Source: Desulfocapsa sulfexigens DSM 10523 (lineage in GTDB: Bacteria > Desulfobacterota > Desulfobulbia > Desulfobulbales > Desulfocapsaceae). Taken from it: a DNA stretch of 32,000 nucleotides. Below the pieces are notes generated by a model. That model saw nothing but the letters and a program-made list of their open reading frames with translations. It made no database searches and was not told the origin of the DNA. This document shows positions 9,203-19,745 of this stretch, piece by piece. Positions within the stretch are counted from its first letter, which is position 1, and every line of letters starts with the position of its first letter. The position numbers and the translations under genes were made by a program. Where the stretch lies: contig NC_020304.1 of the NCBI RefSeq assembly GCF_000341395.1, positions 2,070,001 to 2,102,000 of the forward strand, in the 5' to 3' direction.

Positions 9203-10114
9203 TCAGCCGCGGGGGTGAAACTTCTTGTGGATGGATTTCAGTCTTCCCTCATCAACGTGGGTGTAGATTTGGGTGGTGGTGATGTCAGAGTGGCCGAGCA
9301 TCATCTGCACAGAACGGAGGTCGGCGCCATGTGATAAGAGATGGGTTGCAAAGGAATGGCGGAGGCTGTGCGGGGAAACTTCTTCTGCGATTCCAGCAGC
9401 CCGTGCAGCTTCTTTGATGATCTGCCAGAATCGTAAACGTGTCATTCCTTTACCGCGATTGGTGACAAAGAGGGTGTTGCTGCGTCTCCCTTTCAGGATC
9501 AAGGGGCGGGATGAGTCGAGGTAGGTCACAATGGCTTCTTTTGCAGGAACGCCAAAGGGAATGAGCCGTTCTTTCTCACCTTTTCCAAGTACCCGGATAA
9601 AGCAGGATGTAAGGTTGCAGCTACCTACTGCAAGGGTAACCAGTTCCGTAACACGTAAGCCGGTGGAATAGAGGAGTTGCAGCATGGCATAGTTGCGCTG
9701 TAGCAGTGGCGTTGTAATCGGTGGCGGGCACAGCAGGCGGTTTACCTGTTCAATGGATAGTCCTTTGGGGAGGCTAAGTGCACTTTTAGGGCTTGTAATG
9801 TTGTTGAAAGGATTGACTGAGATAAGGTTTCGACCATGCAGGTACGAAAAAAAACTTTTTAAGGCTGATACTCTTCTGGCATTGCTGCGATGTGAGATCT
9901 GTCTGCTGCGGCACTGTTCAAAAAAAGTATGAATTGTTTTAGTGGTGACATCCTGCAGAGATTTCTTTTTTGTTGCCAGGAAAAGAAGGAAGGAATGAAT
10001 ATCGGCGTCGTAGGCAGTGATCGTGTTTTCTGCAAAGCGCTTCTCGGTAATCAGGTAATGGAGAAAGATCTCTTTTGCAGAAACGAACTCTTGTGGGAGG
10101 GGTTTTCCAGCGAT
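9203..10114 (-). CDS. xerC: Tyrosine recombinase, XerC/XerD family (start codon unresolved)
   Basis: C-terminal part (9203..9685) has [61 protein letters not shown]. My reading of the same frame upstream gives an N-terminal SAM-like domain ([82 protein letters not shown]) with no stop, but no ATG/GTG/TTG. The end coordinate 10114 is a guess (ATC). Confidence 0.8.
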   Translation of the reverse strand: MAGKPLPQEFVSAKEIFLHYLITEKRFAENTITAYDADIHSFLLFLATKKKSLQDVTTKTIHTFFEQCRSRQISHRSNARRVSALKSFFSYLHGRNLISVNPFNNITSPKSALSLPKGLSIEQVNRLLCPPPITTPLLQRNYAMLQLLYSTGLRVTELVTLAVGSCNLTSCFIRVLGKGEKERLIPFGVPAKEAIVTYLDSSRPLILKGRRSNTLFVTNRGKGMTRLRFWQIIKEAARAAGIAEEVSPHSLRHSFATHLLSHGADLRSVQMMLGHSDITTTQIYTHVDEGRLKSIHKKFHPRG

Positions 10115-10137
10115 GGCAGAGTAGAATGGAAATGATA

Positions 10138-10173
10138 AAACGCCCGTTGCCTGTTCAGGCGACGGGCGTTAGT
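10138..10173 (-). terminator. Rho-independent terminator of rpsU
   Basis: Minus strand AACGCCCGTCGCCTGAACAGGCAACGGGCGTTTTAT, a long GC-rich stem with a T tail. Confidence 0.85.
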
Positions 10174-10193
10174 GAAACAATGCTGTTTGGGGC

Positions 10194-10385
10194 TCAGCCG
10201 CGTCTGATACGGTTAAACTTACGGAGCTTGCGACGAGCTTCAGCCTGTTTGCGACGTTTTTTTACACTTGGTTTTTCGTAGTTCTCACGACGTTTTAGTT
10301 CTCTTTTTATTCCATCAATCTGCAGTTTCTTTTTCAGCTGCCTGATGGCATACTCAAGATCTCCACGAACTTCAACTTCTATCAT
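10194..10385 (-). CDS. rpsU: 30S ribosomal protein S21
   Basis: MIEVEVRGDLEYAIRQLKKKLQIDGIKRELKRRENYEKPSVKKRRKQAEARRKLRKFNRIRRG; GGAG upstream of the ATG at 10385. Confidence 0.93.
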   Translation of the reverse strand: MIEVEVRGDLEYAIRQLKKKLQIDGIKRELKRRENYEKPSVKKRRKQAEARRKLRKFNRIRRG

Positions 10386-10518
10386 TTGGGGCTCCGTTAT
10401 CAACAATATTTACGAGAAATCCAGAAGCACGATACTTCAGATTTTCATTACAATTTTAAAAGTCACGACAGTAATCTTCCTTATATAAGAGAAACTTTTG
10501 CGTCTGTCAATGGATTTT

Positions 10519-11925
10519 TCATACGGGTGATGGACCATTGTGTAGCTCTTCCGAGGGAAAAATTTTCCCTGGATTCATGATGTTGTTTTTATCAAACAAT
10601 TGCTTTAGTTGACGCATTACTGTGATACTGGTTCTGTTTAACTCTAGCGAAATGTAGGGGGACTTGGTTATTCCAATGCCATGTTCCCCGGAGAGGGTTC
10701 CTCCCATACTGAGGACTTTTTTGAAAAGTGCCATTTTGGCATTTGCAGCTTTCTGTTTTTCTTTCGGCGAGTTGTCTGCAGCCAGAATATTGACATGGAT
10801 GTTTCCGTCCCCGGCATGGCCAAAGGTGAGGATGGTGATTGTGAGTTTCTGTGCAAGGTCTTCACAGAATCCTACCAGTTCCGGGATAAGACTGCGCGGT
10901 ACGACAACGTCTTCACTGGTTTTGTGAGGGCTGATTTTGTGGGTGGCAGGAGAGATGGAACGTCTTGCTTTCCAGATTTCCTGGATTTCATCTTCTGTCG
11001 CAGCCTGTTTTATGTTGCAGTACTTTTCAGCTGCAATTAAACGTTTGAGGTGTTCAGCCTGTTCCTCTACCTTCTGTCTGCTGCCGTCAATCTCGATGAT
11101 GAGCATGGCTTGAATGTCTGCTGGCAGTCTGGAGGGCAGGATATCCGAGACAACCTGAAGAGCAGTTTTGTCCATGTATTCGAGCGTGCAGGGAAGAATG
11201 TTCTGCTGCAGAATTTTGGCCACAAATTCTGTTGCCTGTTGCAGGGATGTGGAGCTAAGGAGAAACGTTTCTTTGTGTTCAGGCAGAGGTAAAAGTCTGG
11301 TGATAATTTTGGTGATAATACCAAGAGTGCCTTCTGAACCGATAAAAAGGCGGGTAAGGTCATAACCCACAACGCCTTTTTCTGTACGGGTTCCCGTCGT
11401 AAGGACTTCGCCGTTTGCAAGTACTACCTCAAGTCCGATAATGGAGTCTTTGGTTACACCATATTTTATAGCAGAGGGGCCTCCTGCGCATTCTGCAACA
11501 TTACCACCAATGGTACAGAATTTGAGACTGGCTGGATCGGGAGCGTACATGAGTTTATGTCCCTGCAGGATCTTCTGAAATGTTCCCGTGATGACTCCCG
11601 GTTCGACAATGGCAATCTGGTTGTCAGTGTCAATCTCAAGGATACGGTTTAGTCGCATGCAGCTGAGTACTATGCCCCCCTGGGTTGGGAGTGAGCCACC
11701 TGTTGTCCCACTGCCGGCGCCCCGTGCAACAATAGGGATGCAATGGGTGTTGGCCAGTTTTGCAAGGTTTGCAACCTGTTCCACCGTATCCGGGTGGACC
11801 ACAGCATCCGGGAGAAATGTTTGTTTGCTGTTGTCGTAAGAGTAGCAGTGCAGCTCCTCTATCTCTCTACTACAGTGTTCTGGGCCAACGATATCGATGA
11901 TTTCTTGGAAAATGGTAGTATTCAT
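10519..11925 (-). CDS. FAD-binding oxidase, GlcD / D-lactate dehydrogenase-like
   Basis: 468 aa; PIVARGAGSGTTGGSLPTQGGIVLSCMRLNRI, TIGGNVAECAGGPSAIKYG, GSEGTLGIITKI, FGHAGDGNIHVN, GGTLSGEHGIGITK. Confidence 0.92.
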   Translation of the reverse strand: MNTTIFQEIIDIVGPEHCSREIEELHCYSYDNSKQTFLPDAVVHPDTVEQVANLAKLANTHCIPIVARGAGSGTTGGSLPTQGGIVLSCMRLNRILEIDTDNQIAIVEPGVITGTFQKILQGHKLMYAPDPASLKFCTIGGNVAECAGGPSAIKYGVTKDSIIGLEVVLANGEVLTTGTRTEKGVVGYDLTRLFIGSEGTLGIITKIITRLLPLPEHKETFLLSSTSLQQATEFVAKILQQNILPCTLEYMDKTALQVVSDILPSRLPADIQAMLIIEIDGSRQKVEEQAEHLKRLIAAEKYCNIKQAATEDEIQEIWKARRSISPATHKISPHKTSEDVVVPRSLIPELVGFCEDLAQKLTITILTFGHAGDGNIHVNILAADNSPKEKQKAANAKMALFKKVLSMGGTLSGEHGIGITKSPYISLELNRTSITVMRQLKQLFDKNNIMNPGKIFPSEELHNGPSPV

Positions 11926-12061
11926 CTGACCATGTTACTCTGGAGTTACAGAAAAAAAAAGTAAGGAATTGTCGCCTATTCTGGAATTTTCTGTGTTCCT
12001 GGGGTAAGGTAGCGCTGAGAATGTACAGGATAGTGAATAGCTTAAGATCGAGGAATGTATA

Positions 12062-13003
12062 GTGAAAGATAAGAAAATTCGTGTGGCCCTTCTCGCTGGT
12101 GGGGCATCTGGAGAGCGAGAGGTATCTTTGGCCGGTGCTGCAGGTTTTGAAGATGCCATAGATCGTGATAAATATGAGTTGCGTCGCTATGATACAAAGA
12201 GCGATCTCGGTAAGCTCGCAGAAGATGCAGCGGATATCGATGTCGCCTTTATTCTTCTCCATGGTATTCATGGCGAAGACGGGACGGTACAGGGGTATCT
12301 TGACCTTCTTGGTATTCCCTATCAGGGATCTGGGGTTCTCGGCAGTGCCCTCGCTATGGATAAAAATATGGCTAAGGTTCTGTATCGCTTGAATGGATTG
12401 CCGGTGGCTGATTGGGTAATGGCCAGCCATGGAGATATTGAAAACCCCGGTCGGATTCTTGAAACGTTGAATTTTCCACTGGTCATCAAGCCGATCCGTG
12501 AAGGGTCAAGTCTTGGCATGAGTGTTGCCAGAAATGTTGAAGAGCTGCAACGAGGAATTGAAATTGCTTACCAACACGATTCCGAGGTTATGGTGGAGCA
12601 GTTTGTGAGTGGCAGGGAGATTACGGTTGGAGTGCTGGGGAATGAGAAGTTGTCAGCACTACCTTTGATAGAGATCATTCCCGGCGATGAGTATCCGTTT
12701 TTTGACTATACCGCAAAGTACAAAAAAGGTGCATCAAATGAAATCTGTCCGGCAGATGTGAAAGAAGAGGTGTCTATTCTGGCGAAAGAATATGCCGTAG
12801 CAGCGCACAGAGTGTTGCAGCTGCGAGGGTATTCACGGACGGACATGATGCTGGCATCCGATGGTGCTTTGTATATTCTTGAGACGAATACCATTCCGGG
12901 AATGACCCCTACGAGTCTTCTGCCTCAAGCTGCTAAAGAGTTTGGACTGAATTTTACCGAACTTATTGATACGCTTTTGCAGCTTGCTTTAGAGAAGGAA
13001 TAA
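12062..13003 (+). CDS. ddl: D-alanine--D-alanine ligase
   Basis: GGASGEREVSLAGA, HGIHGEDGTVQGYLDLLGIPYQGSGVLGSALAMDK, VIKPIREGSSLGM, EINTIPG-like ILETNTIPGMTPTSLLPQAA; GTG start. Confidence 0.95.
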   Translation: MKDKKIRVALLAGGASGEREVSLAGAAGFEDAIDRDKYELRRYDTKSDLGKLAEDAADIDVAFILLHGIHGEDGTVQGYLDLLGIPYQGSGVLGSALAMDKNMAKVLYRLNGLPVADWVMASHGDIENPGRILETLNFPLVIKPIREGSSLGMSVARNVEELQRGIEIAYQHDSEVMVEQFVSGREITVGVLGNEKLSALPLIEIIPGDEYPFFDYTAKYKKGASNEICPADVKEEVSILAKEYAVAAHRVLQLRGYSRTDMMLASDGALYILETNTIPGMTPTSLLPQAAKEFGLNFTELIDTLLQLALEKE

Positions 13004-13015
13004 TTTTTCTGTATA

Positions 13016-14263
13016 TTAATTGTTTTCAAGGAAGCAGCGCATATGGTCACTGCGCGCCGGGTGTCTGAGGCGTTTTAATGCCTCCTGCTCGATCTGGCGA
13101 ATGCGTTCCCGTGAGACGTTGAATTGTTTGCCCACCTCATCCAGGGTGCATTCGCACCTTCCATCAAGTCCAAAACGAAGGCGAAGTACCTGAGCTTCTC
13201 TGCTGCTTAATGTGTCAAGAATGCTGTCTATCTGTTTGCGAAGGTCTGAGGTTATGGCAATATCGTCAGGCAGACAGGCCTTGTCGTTTGCGAGAAGGCT
13301 CATCAGGTTTTGACTGTTATCTCCAACTGGTTCTTCAAGTGATACGGGATCCATGCTGGTCTCTATGATGGAAAGTATTTTGTCATGATCCATATAGGTG
13401 TTTTGGCTCAACTCCAGCATTGTGGGTTTTCTTCCGAGTTGTTTGCGTAATCCACTGAATGTTTTGTTGAAGTGGTTGCGTGAGACAAGAAAATGGGCAG
13501 GAAGTTTTATGGTTCTGGTTTTTTCCGGTATTGCTCTGGTGATTGCCTGTCGTATCCACCATGAGGCATAGGTTGAAAATCTTCTTCCGGTATTATGGTC
13601 AAAACGGAAAACTGCACGCATTAAGCCAATACATCCTTCCTGGATAAGATCGGCCAGGCTTAATCCTCTGTCCGTGTATCTTTTGGCAATGGAGCAGACA
13701 AGGCGCAGGTTGGCGGTTATAATGATATTTTTTGCTTCTTCGATTTCATGGGCCAGTATTTTGAACTGCTCACAGAGGTAATGGGTGCCGTCATCGTCCG
13801 AAGAGCCGTCGCAGGTGGATTCAAGAGTGGCTATTATGTGGTCGAGTCGACGTTTGCCTGGCTTGATTGGGTTGTCTTTTTTCTCCCATGCCTGCACAGT
13901 TTTTTGAAGTTGGGTTATTTTAGGAGATGAGGTGTGGATTTTTTTGACGCTCTGGACAATGGCGCAAAAATTATCCCTGATTGCTTTTGTATGTTTGATT
14001 TCGTCCTCGTGGCTGAGGAGTCGTTCGGATTGGAGCTGCTGGGCCACCAGGGACGGTGGTTGCCTGTCGTGCGCAGTGTGGTAGGTGGGTTGCAGGAGCT
14101 CGGTCGATGCTGTCTCGGAGAGAGTGTCGTCAGCTATATGTGTCATTACGCATTTCCGTAGGTAGATGATTTGGTGGTAAGAGTTTTTTTTAAGATAACA
14201 AGCAACAATTGTACCATTGGACATTGGTCGCTGTGTTTTTGTTTTATTTCCCTGATTTAGCAT
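13016..14263 (-). CDS. RNA polymerase sigma factor, sigma-70 family (group 2-like)
   Basis: [61 protein letters not shown] (region 2); [13 protein letters not shown]...[28 protein letters not shown] (region 4). The true start may be an internal ATG (MTHIADD). Confidence 0.9.
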   Translation of the reverse strand: MLNQGNKTKTQRPMSNGTIVACYLKKNSYHQIIYLRKCVMTHIADDTLSETASTELLQPTYHTAHDRQPPSLVAQQLQSERLLSHEDEIKHTKAIRDNFCAIVQSVKKIHTSSPKITQLQKTVQAWEKKDNPIKPGKRRLDHIIATLESTCDGSSDDDGTHYLCEQFKILAHEIEEAKNIIITANLRLVCSIAKRYTDRGLSLADLIQEGCIGLMRAVFRFDHNTGRRFSTYASWWIRQAITRAIPEKTRTIKLPAHFLVSRNHFNKTFSGLRKQLGRKPTMLELSQNTYMDHDKILSIIETSMDPVSLEEPVGDNSQNLMSLLANDKACLPDDIAITSDLRKQIDSILDTLSSREAQVLRLRFGLDGRCECTLDEVGKQFNVSRERIRQIEQEALKRLRHPARSDHMRCFLENN

Positions 14264-14526
14264 GTTTTTTTATAGTGTGAAAGCCTTGGTGGTTGAAGGG
14301 TGCCTGTCAGAAAATTGACAACTTTGTTTCCCTATAATTTTCCAGTGTAATTTTTTGTGTCACTTTTTCCCCATCCTATTTTGACAGGGTTCTTCATGGT
14401 AAGAGAGTCTCATGTAAATGTCCTCTGTATCAAATCCTGTTTACGGAAAAGATGAAAGGGTGTAAAGTTAGTTGCAATCGTAAAGTAAGTTTTCGTTATA
14501 TGGGAAAGGTGAAAGAAAAAAGACAT

Positions 14527-16062
14527 ATGGAATCGGTAAAAACACTTTCGTTACTGCAGCAGCGCCTTACACATGTGAGCGGCAGCTGGTCCGTTGATGA
14601 ATACAACTCATTGATAACATTTTACATCAGAATTCTTCCAAGGTTGATGGAGGTGGAGCGTTGCACGATTTTCCTCAAGGAACCTGGCGCGGAGTCATTG
14701 TTGTCAATGCATGGTACAGGACTTGAGTCCAATGTCATAGAAGCCCCCCTGGAAGGGAGTATTGTTGGTCGAGTTATAGCCGGGGGACAGAGCGTTATTG
14801 AAAATAATCTTCGGGTAAAGAATGGCTACCATCATGAGGCAGACGAGCAGACAGGATTTCAAAGTCGGAATACACTGTGCACCCCCATACACAATGTCTC
14901 GAGTAATAAGGTGCTTGGGGTTATTCAGCTCTTAAATAGCCTGGGGAGCGATTTTTTTGACGGTGAGCAGCAAAAAGAGCTTGAAGAAATTGCAGGTTAC
15001 CTGTCGATTTCCATTGAATCCATTCTACTGAAGAAGAAGATAGCGAGCATTGCCAGGGAGTTTGACAGTGAGGTGACCCGTCTGGAATTTGATGCTGTTA
15101 CAGATGGACGTTTTATCGCCGAGAGTCCTGCGATGCGTGAAGTTTTGGATTTGGTACTGGTTCTTCGGGACACACCGGTAAATGTTTTGATTCAGGGAGA
15201 GAATGGAACAGGAAAAGAACTTGTGGCTAAAATGATTCACGAAAATGCTGGAAAAGATGGCCGCCCTTTTATTCCGGTTAACTGCGCCTGTCTTCCGGAG
15301 GCATTGGTTGAAAGTGAATTCTTTGGTCATGAAAAGGGGGCATTTACCGGTGCTGACAGAAGTCGTAAGGGCCGTTTTGAAGAGGCAAAGGGCGGTGTTC
15401 TCTTTCTTGATGAAATAGGAGAGATGCCGCTTATTGTACAGCCTAAATTTCTTCGTGCTATTCAGGAGCAGGAAGGGTCGCGGCTCGGCAGCAGTGATAT
15501 TATTCCATATGATGTACGTCTTATTTCAGCAACCAATCGAAATCTGGCAAAAGAAGTCGAAAAAGGAAGATTTCGTGAGGATCTGTTTTTCAGGATTTTT
15601 TCAGTGGAGATTGAGATTCCGCCCCTACGGGAAAGGAAAGAGGACATTTTGCCCCTTGCCCTTTCATTTCTTGAAGATACCAACCGGAAATTTAAAAAAA
15701 ATGTGGCCGGGTTCAGCCCTGATCTGCTGGCACTGCTGGAAGAGTATCCCTGGCCTGGAAATGTTCGGCAGTTGTTAAAGGAAGTGGAACGACTGGTGGC
15801 ACTCACAAAAGATAATCTTATCATGGAGGTTGAAACCTGTTCCCGGGAATTACTTGCCTTTTCCCGTTCGAATTATGTCGGAGATGCAGCAGCTGCCAGT
15901 GATGGTTACTCCCTGCCTGATCAGGTGACAGCCCTTGAAAAACGACTGATCCATAAAGCTATGAAAAAAGCGGCTGGGAATAAAACCCAGGCCGCCGGAC
16001 TTTTACACATCACCCGACAGGGGCTGTTGAAAAAAATTAAACGATATGAGTTGATGCTGTGA
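14527..16062 (+). CDS. Sigma-54-dependent transcriptional activator with N-terminal GAF domain
   Basis: GAF-like [23 protein letters not shown]; AAA+ [56 protein letters not shown]; C-terminal Fis-type [29 protein letters not shown]. The track start at 14452 is also possible. Confidence 0.92.
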   Translation: MESVKTLSLLQQRLTHVSGSWSVDEYNSLITFYIRILPRLMEVERCTIFLKEPGAESLLSMHGTGLESNVIEAPLEGSIVGRVIAGGQSVIENNLRVKNGYHHEADEQTGFQSRNTLCTPIHNVSSNKVLGVIQLLNSLGSDFFDGEQQKELEEIAGYLSISIESILLKKKIASIAREFDSEVTRLEFDAVTDGRFIAESPAMREVLDLVLVLRDTPVNVLIQGENGTGKELVAKMIHENAGKDGRPFIPVNCACLPEALVESEFFGHEKGAFTGADRSRKGRFEEAKGGVLFLDEIGEMPLIVQPKFLRAIQEQEGSRLGSSDIIPYDVRLISATNRNLAKEVEKGRFREDLFFRIFSVEIEIPPLRERKEDILPLALSFLEDTNRKFKKNVAGFSPDLLALLEEYPWPGNVRQLLKEVERLVALTKDNLIMEVETCSRELLAFSRSNYVGDAAAASDGYSLPDQVTALEKRLIHKAMKKAAGNKTQAAGLLHITRQGLLKKIKRYELML

Positions 16063-16118
16063 TTACTTCGCAACAAGCTCTCTGCTACCCTATCCTTTGA
16101 TCCTTTACGTCACGGCCA

Positions 16119-17396
16119 CTAAAATCGTTTTTCAAAATAGGGTTTCAGTACGTCGGGAACAATCACAGTGCCATCCTCCTGCTGATAATTTTCAAGAATG
16201 GCCAGCAGTGTCCTGCCTACAGCCAATCCTGAACCATTGAGTGTATGGACCAACTTGCTCTTTTTTTGACCATTTGGCCTATAGCGGATTCCACCACGTC
16301 GCGCCTGGAAATCGAGAAAGTTTGAACAGGAAGAGATTTCCCGGTAAGTATTCTGGCCTGGCAGCCAGACTTCGATATCGTAGGTCTTGGTGGAAGAGAA
16401 TCCCAGGTCGCCACTGCAGAGTGTAACCACCCGATAGTGTAAGCCCAGTAATTGTAAAACTTCTTCGGCGTCGGCCAGAAGAGATTCCAGTTCCTGGGCA
16501 GAAGTTTCGGGTGTGGTGAATTTCACAAGTTCCACCTTGTCAAACTGGTGCTGCCTGATCAGTCCCTTGGTGTCCCTGCCGTAAGAACCGGCTTCAGACC
16601 TGAAACAGGGGGTGTAGGCGGTAAATTTAACTGGCAGTTGGTTTTCATCCAGTGTTTCATCCCGGTAAATGTTGGTGACAGGTACTTCCGCTGTGGGGAT
16701 AAGGTACAGGTCCCAGTCTTTAATGGCAAAGAGGTCCTCAGCAAATTTGGGAAGCTGGCCGGTTGCTGTCATGGATGCGCTGTTTACCAAAAACGGAGGA
16801 AGGACTTCTTCGTAGCCATGTTTCTGGGTATGCAGATCAAGCATGAAGTTGGTCAGTGCCCGTTCCATCTTGGAGGCAAATCCTTTAAGGAGAGCAAATC
16901 GTGCCCCCGAAAGCTTGGCTGCCCGTTCAAAGTCGAGAATATCCAGATCTTCACCAACTTCCCAGTGGGGTTTTGGCTCGAAGGAAAATACGGGTTTGTC
17001 ACCCCATGTTTTAAACTCAACGTTGGCGCTATCGTCATCTCCCTTTGGGACATCATCGCTACAGAGGTTCGGGATGGAGAGGACAAGATCCTGCAGACTG
17101 TCCTGGATCTCACCAAGTTCTTTGTCCAGTTCTTTGATTCTTTCCGAAGCTTTACGCATTTCAGGAATGAGAGTATCAGCCTGTTTTTTGTCCTCGTCAC
17201 TGCCCTGTTTGAGCTGAGCAATTTCTTTCGAGGCAATATTTCGTTTGTTTTTGAGGCTTTCCACCTCTTGAAGCAGGTCCAGTCGTTTCTGGTCAACTGA
17301 GGCAAACTCATCAACTTTATCTGTGGGGATACCTCTATGGGCAGTTTTTTTACGTACGAGATCCAGGTTTTCTCTAATAAAACGAAGTTCTAGCAT
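16119..17396 (-). CDS. serS: Seryl-tRNA synthetase
   Basis: [95 protein letters not shown]. Confidence 0.97.
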   Translation of the reverse strand: MLELRFIRENLDLVRKKTAHRGIPTDKVDEFASVDQKRLDLLQEVESLKNKRNIASKEIAQLKQGSDEDKKQADTLIPEMRKASERIKELDKELGEIQDSLQDLVLSIPNLCSDDVPKGDDDSANVEFKTWGDKPVFSFEPKPHWEVGEDLDILDFERAAKLSGARFALLKGFASKMERALTNFMLDLHTQKHGYEEVLPPFLVNSASMTATGQLPKFAEDLFAIKDWDLYLIPTAEVPVTNIYRDETLDENQLPVKFTAYTPCFRSEAGSYGRDTKGLIRQHQFDKVELVKFTTPETSAQELESLLADAEEVLQLLGLHYRVVTLCSGDLGFSSTKTYDIEVWLPGQNTYREISSCSNFLDFQARRGGIRYRPNGQKKSKLVHTLNGSGLAVGRTLLAILENYQQEDGTVIVPDVLKPYFEKRF

Positions 17397-17616
17397 GGTA
17401 GGTTATTTCTCAGTATTTATGAGGGGTGTTTTTCCCTTCAGTCTTTGGTCTTCAGCCTGCGCAGTTAATTACTCGGATTTGTGACTATTCTGACAGGGAT
17501 ATATATTCCCCTTGCAGTCTCCAGTATACCTGTTTAGCATGGCTGAAATTTGAAATCAACCTCTATCAAATTGCTTTTAGAAAAGCCATCTGCTATCCTG
17601 TCCGGGAAACGTATTG

Positions 17617-18357
17617 ATGGTGTCACCACCAAGCGAAAACAGGAGAGAGGTTCTGGAAACACTGGATCGGCATAATACCCTTGTGATATTTCTTACCGAA
17701 TTGAGAAAATCAGTTCGTGGCCTTGGGATAAGCGTTATTATTGCTACTGTAGGGATATTTTTTCTTTCTCCCGAATTGCTGAAGTTTGTCCAGAATCATC
17801 TCGCTGATAAACTCTATTTTTTCTCAGTTGCCGGTCCCTTTCTGGCCCACGTTAAACTGGCCATGTTTGCTGCCCTGTATGTGATTATGCCGTGGATCAT
17901 GGCAGTACTCTGGCGTGCCATGGGGAAACCTTTCGGGGTGGAGGGAGGGCAGCTTTTTTTCTTTGTTCTTTTTACCTGCATGCTTTTTTACGCTGGCACC
18001 CTTTTTTGCTACTTTATAACACTTCCCTTTGGCATCAGTTTTCTTCTTGGCTTTGGCTCAGCGGATCTGCAACCGGTTATTTCCATCGGTCGGTTTGTGA
18101 ACTTTACAACCATCTTTATTCTGGCATTCGGGGTGATTTTTGAGCTTCCCATGTTTATGGTTTTTCTGGCGAAGGTAGGAGTGCTGACGAGGGGGTTTTA
18201 TGAGAGAAACAGGCGTTATGCTCTATTGCTTATTGCGATTCTTGCTGCCCTGTTGACCCCCACTCCCGATGTTGTGAATATGTTGCTTATGGGTGGGCCT
18301 TTATATTTTTTATATGAGGGCGGCATTATTATTCTTCGTATTATGCGGATTCAATAA
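17617..18357 (+). CDS. tatC: Sec-independent protein translocase subunit TatC
   Basis: FLTELRKSVRGLG, LPFGISFLLGFGSADLQPVISIGRFVNFTTIFILAFGVIFELPMFMVFLAKVGVL, RRYALLLIAILAALLTPTPDVVNMLLMGGPLYFLYEGGI. Confidence 0.93.
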   Translation: MVSPPSENRREVLETLDRHNTLVIFLTELRKSVRGLGISVIIATVGIFFLSPELLKFVQNHLADKLYFFSVAGPFLAHVKLAMFAALYVIMPWIMAVLWRAMGKPFGVEGGQLFFFVLFTCMLFYAGTLFCYFITLPFGISFLLGFGSADLQPVISIGRFVNFTTIFILAFGVIFELPMFMVFLAKVGVLTRGFYERNRRYALLLIAILAALLTPTPDVVNMLLMGGPLYFLYEGGIIILRIMRIQ

Positions 18358-18360
18358 CCC

Positions 18361-18786
18361 TTACTGGAATTCATAAAGCTTGAATCCGTGATTTTTTAGC
18401 AGAGCGGCGGTAACGCCAATGGTTCCTGATACTGCACAGGATGGACTTTTGGCTTTTAAACAAACACCTTGTATCGGGTGAGCATTCGCGATCTGAAGGG
18501 TCTGTTTGGCCCCTTGTATAAAGGAGGCGGTTATATCATCACCTTCCTTGGTGCAGACTGTGGCTTTTCCTTCAAGGACATCATGGCCGTTGCCATCGAT
18601 AATTTCAGCAGCTGGTCGGGGGGTGGGCAGACCACCTAACTGTTCAGGACAGACAGGAATCCAGATGCTGTTTTTCAAAAACTCTTTGCAGGTTTCGTGA
18701 CTCTTTAGTGCTCCGTCATAGCGGGTGCAGAGCCCTACGAGGCAGGCGCTGACGAGATAGAGTGGTTTTGTTGTTGAGTTACTCAT
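18361..18786 (-). CDS. DUF523 family protein
   Basis: LYLVSACLVGLCTRYDGALK, WIPVCPEQLGGLPTPRPAAEI, LKAKSPSCAVSGTI. ATG MSNSTTKP start at 18786 avoids overlap with the divergent gene. Confidence 0.85.
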   Translation of the reverse strand: MSNSTTKPLYLVSACLVGLCTRYDGALKSHETCKEFLKNSIWIPVCPEQLGGLPTPRPAAEIIDGNGHDVLEGKATVCTKEGDDITASFIQGAKQTLQIANAHPIQGVCLKAKSPSCAVSGTIGVTAALLKNHGFKLYEFQ

Positions 18787-18846
18787 ATATGGTTCAGTTA
18801 GTAGAAGGAATTTCTTGTTTTTTTGATCTGATGTATTGATGATATA

Positions 18847-19185
18847 ATGGCCTGGAAACGAAAACAAAAACCTAAAACAGTTATGTCGCCGCTACAACGT
18901 AAAAGGTTGTTGCGTATATCATGTACCATGATTGTTTGTGTTCTGCTATGGGTGGTCTTTGCACCAGGGAGAGGCCTGTATCATCTTCGTCAGCAGAAAA
19001 AGCATATTGCGATGCTTAATGCCGAACGACAGATGCTGACTCAACAGAATGATGAAATAACAAAAGATATAGAACGGCTACGTAACGATCAGGAATATCT
19101 GGAGCAGGTGGCAAGAGAAGAACATGGAATGTTGAGAGAAAATGAGATTGTTTTTGATTTCAGTAGAAAGAAAAAAGAGGAGTGA
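18847..19185 (+). CDS. Septum formation initiator family (FtsB/DivIC-like)
   Basis: One TM segment followed by a coiled coil: LRQQKKHIAMLNAERQMLTQQNDEITKDIERLRNDQEYLEQVAREEHGMLRENEIVF. Confidence 0.85.
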   Translation: MAWKRKQKPKTVMSPLQRKRLLRISCTMIVCVLLWVVFAPGRGLYHLRQQKKHIAMLNAERQMLTQQNDEITKDIERLRNDQEYLEQVAREEHGMLRENEIVFDFSRKKKEE

Positions 19186-19186
19186 T

Positions 19187-19211
19187 AAAAGACTGTTGTC
19201 AACAGTCTTTT
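19187..19211 (+). terminator. Rho-independent terminator downstream of the FtsB-like gene
   Basis: AAAAGACTGTTGTCAACAGTCTTTT perfect inverted repeat with a T tail. Confidence 0.8.
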
Positions 19212-19384
19212 ATCTGCTCCAGATCGGTAAATGAGCTGTTACTCAATTAAGGTACTTCCTTTGAAGGGAAATACAACTGAGTGCTTTCATGAAGTTCTTT
19301 TCAAAGAACGCACGAGATATGTGTAAACTTTGAAAGACTTTTTGTTGTATTTAAAAAGCCACACGGGCTTTTCAACTGCTACGC

Positions 19385-19597
19385 TCAGGAAAATCCTGAA
19401 CGGGATGAACATCCCGAGAGTGCCCCGGCAGGGATAGTACTTCCTTTTGCAGGTTGGCTTGAGGTGGCTGAAACCATTTTTTTTATGTTGGTGCTCTTGC
19501 AGTGTTTACAACTCACGTTTTCAAGTGCGGAGGCTATCATGATCAGACTTTCAAAGTTCTTACCACAGTCCTCACAATAAAATTCGTAGATTGGCAT
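19385..19597 (-). CDS. FmdB family zinc-ribbon regulatory protein
   Basis: MPIYEFYCEDCGKNFESLIMIASALENVSCKHCKSTNIKKMVS; CxxC...CxxC. Confidence 0.92.
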   Translation of the reverse strand: MPIYEFYCEDCGKNFESLIMIASALENVSCKHCKSTNIKKMVSATSSQPAKGSTIPAGALSGCSSRSGFS

Positions 19598-19745
19598 GTG
19601 TCTGCTCCTGTTAAAATATAAAAGATATAAAAGAGTATAAGCCTTAGATGTATTTATTATAGTGTTTATCTTTTACCTGTTTTTGTCAAGATGAGGAAAA
19701 TCTTTTTTAGTAAAATCTAAAATAGGAAGAAAAAGAACGTAAGAA

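Noticed and set aside
9920-9926. Possible homopolymer frameshift splitting xerC at the 7-A run
   Set aside because: Checked codon by codon: with seven As the N- and C-terminal parts of the recombinase are in the same frame, so this run does not break the gene. The remaining oddity is the absent start codon.
14315-14338. TTGACA and TATAAT promoter-like boxes upstream of the sigma-54 activator
   Set aside because: Both hexamers are perfect, but the spacer is only 12 nt instead of 16-18, so they are unlikely to act together as one sigma-70 promoter.
16548-17300. 250-aa plus-strand ORF antisense to serS
   Set aside because: It lies entirely within the confidently identified serS gene on the opposite strand, is low-complexity hydrophobic/Phe-rich, and matches no recognisable family. 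Treated as a shadow ORF.
19612-19665. AT-rich near-repeats (aaaatataaaagatataaaagagtataag)
   Set aside because: Short and irregular, in the FmdB/UDG intergenic region. More likely promoter or AT-rich spacer than a structured repeat array.
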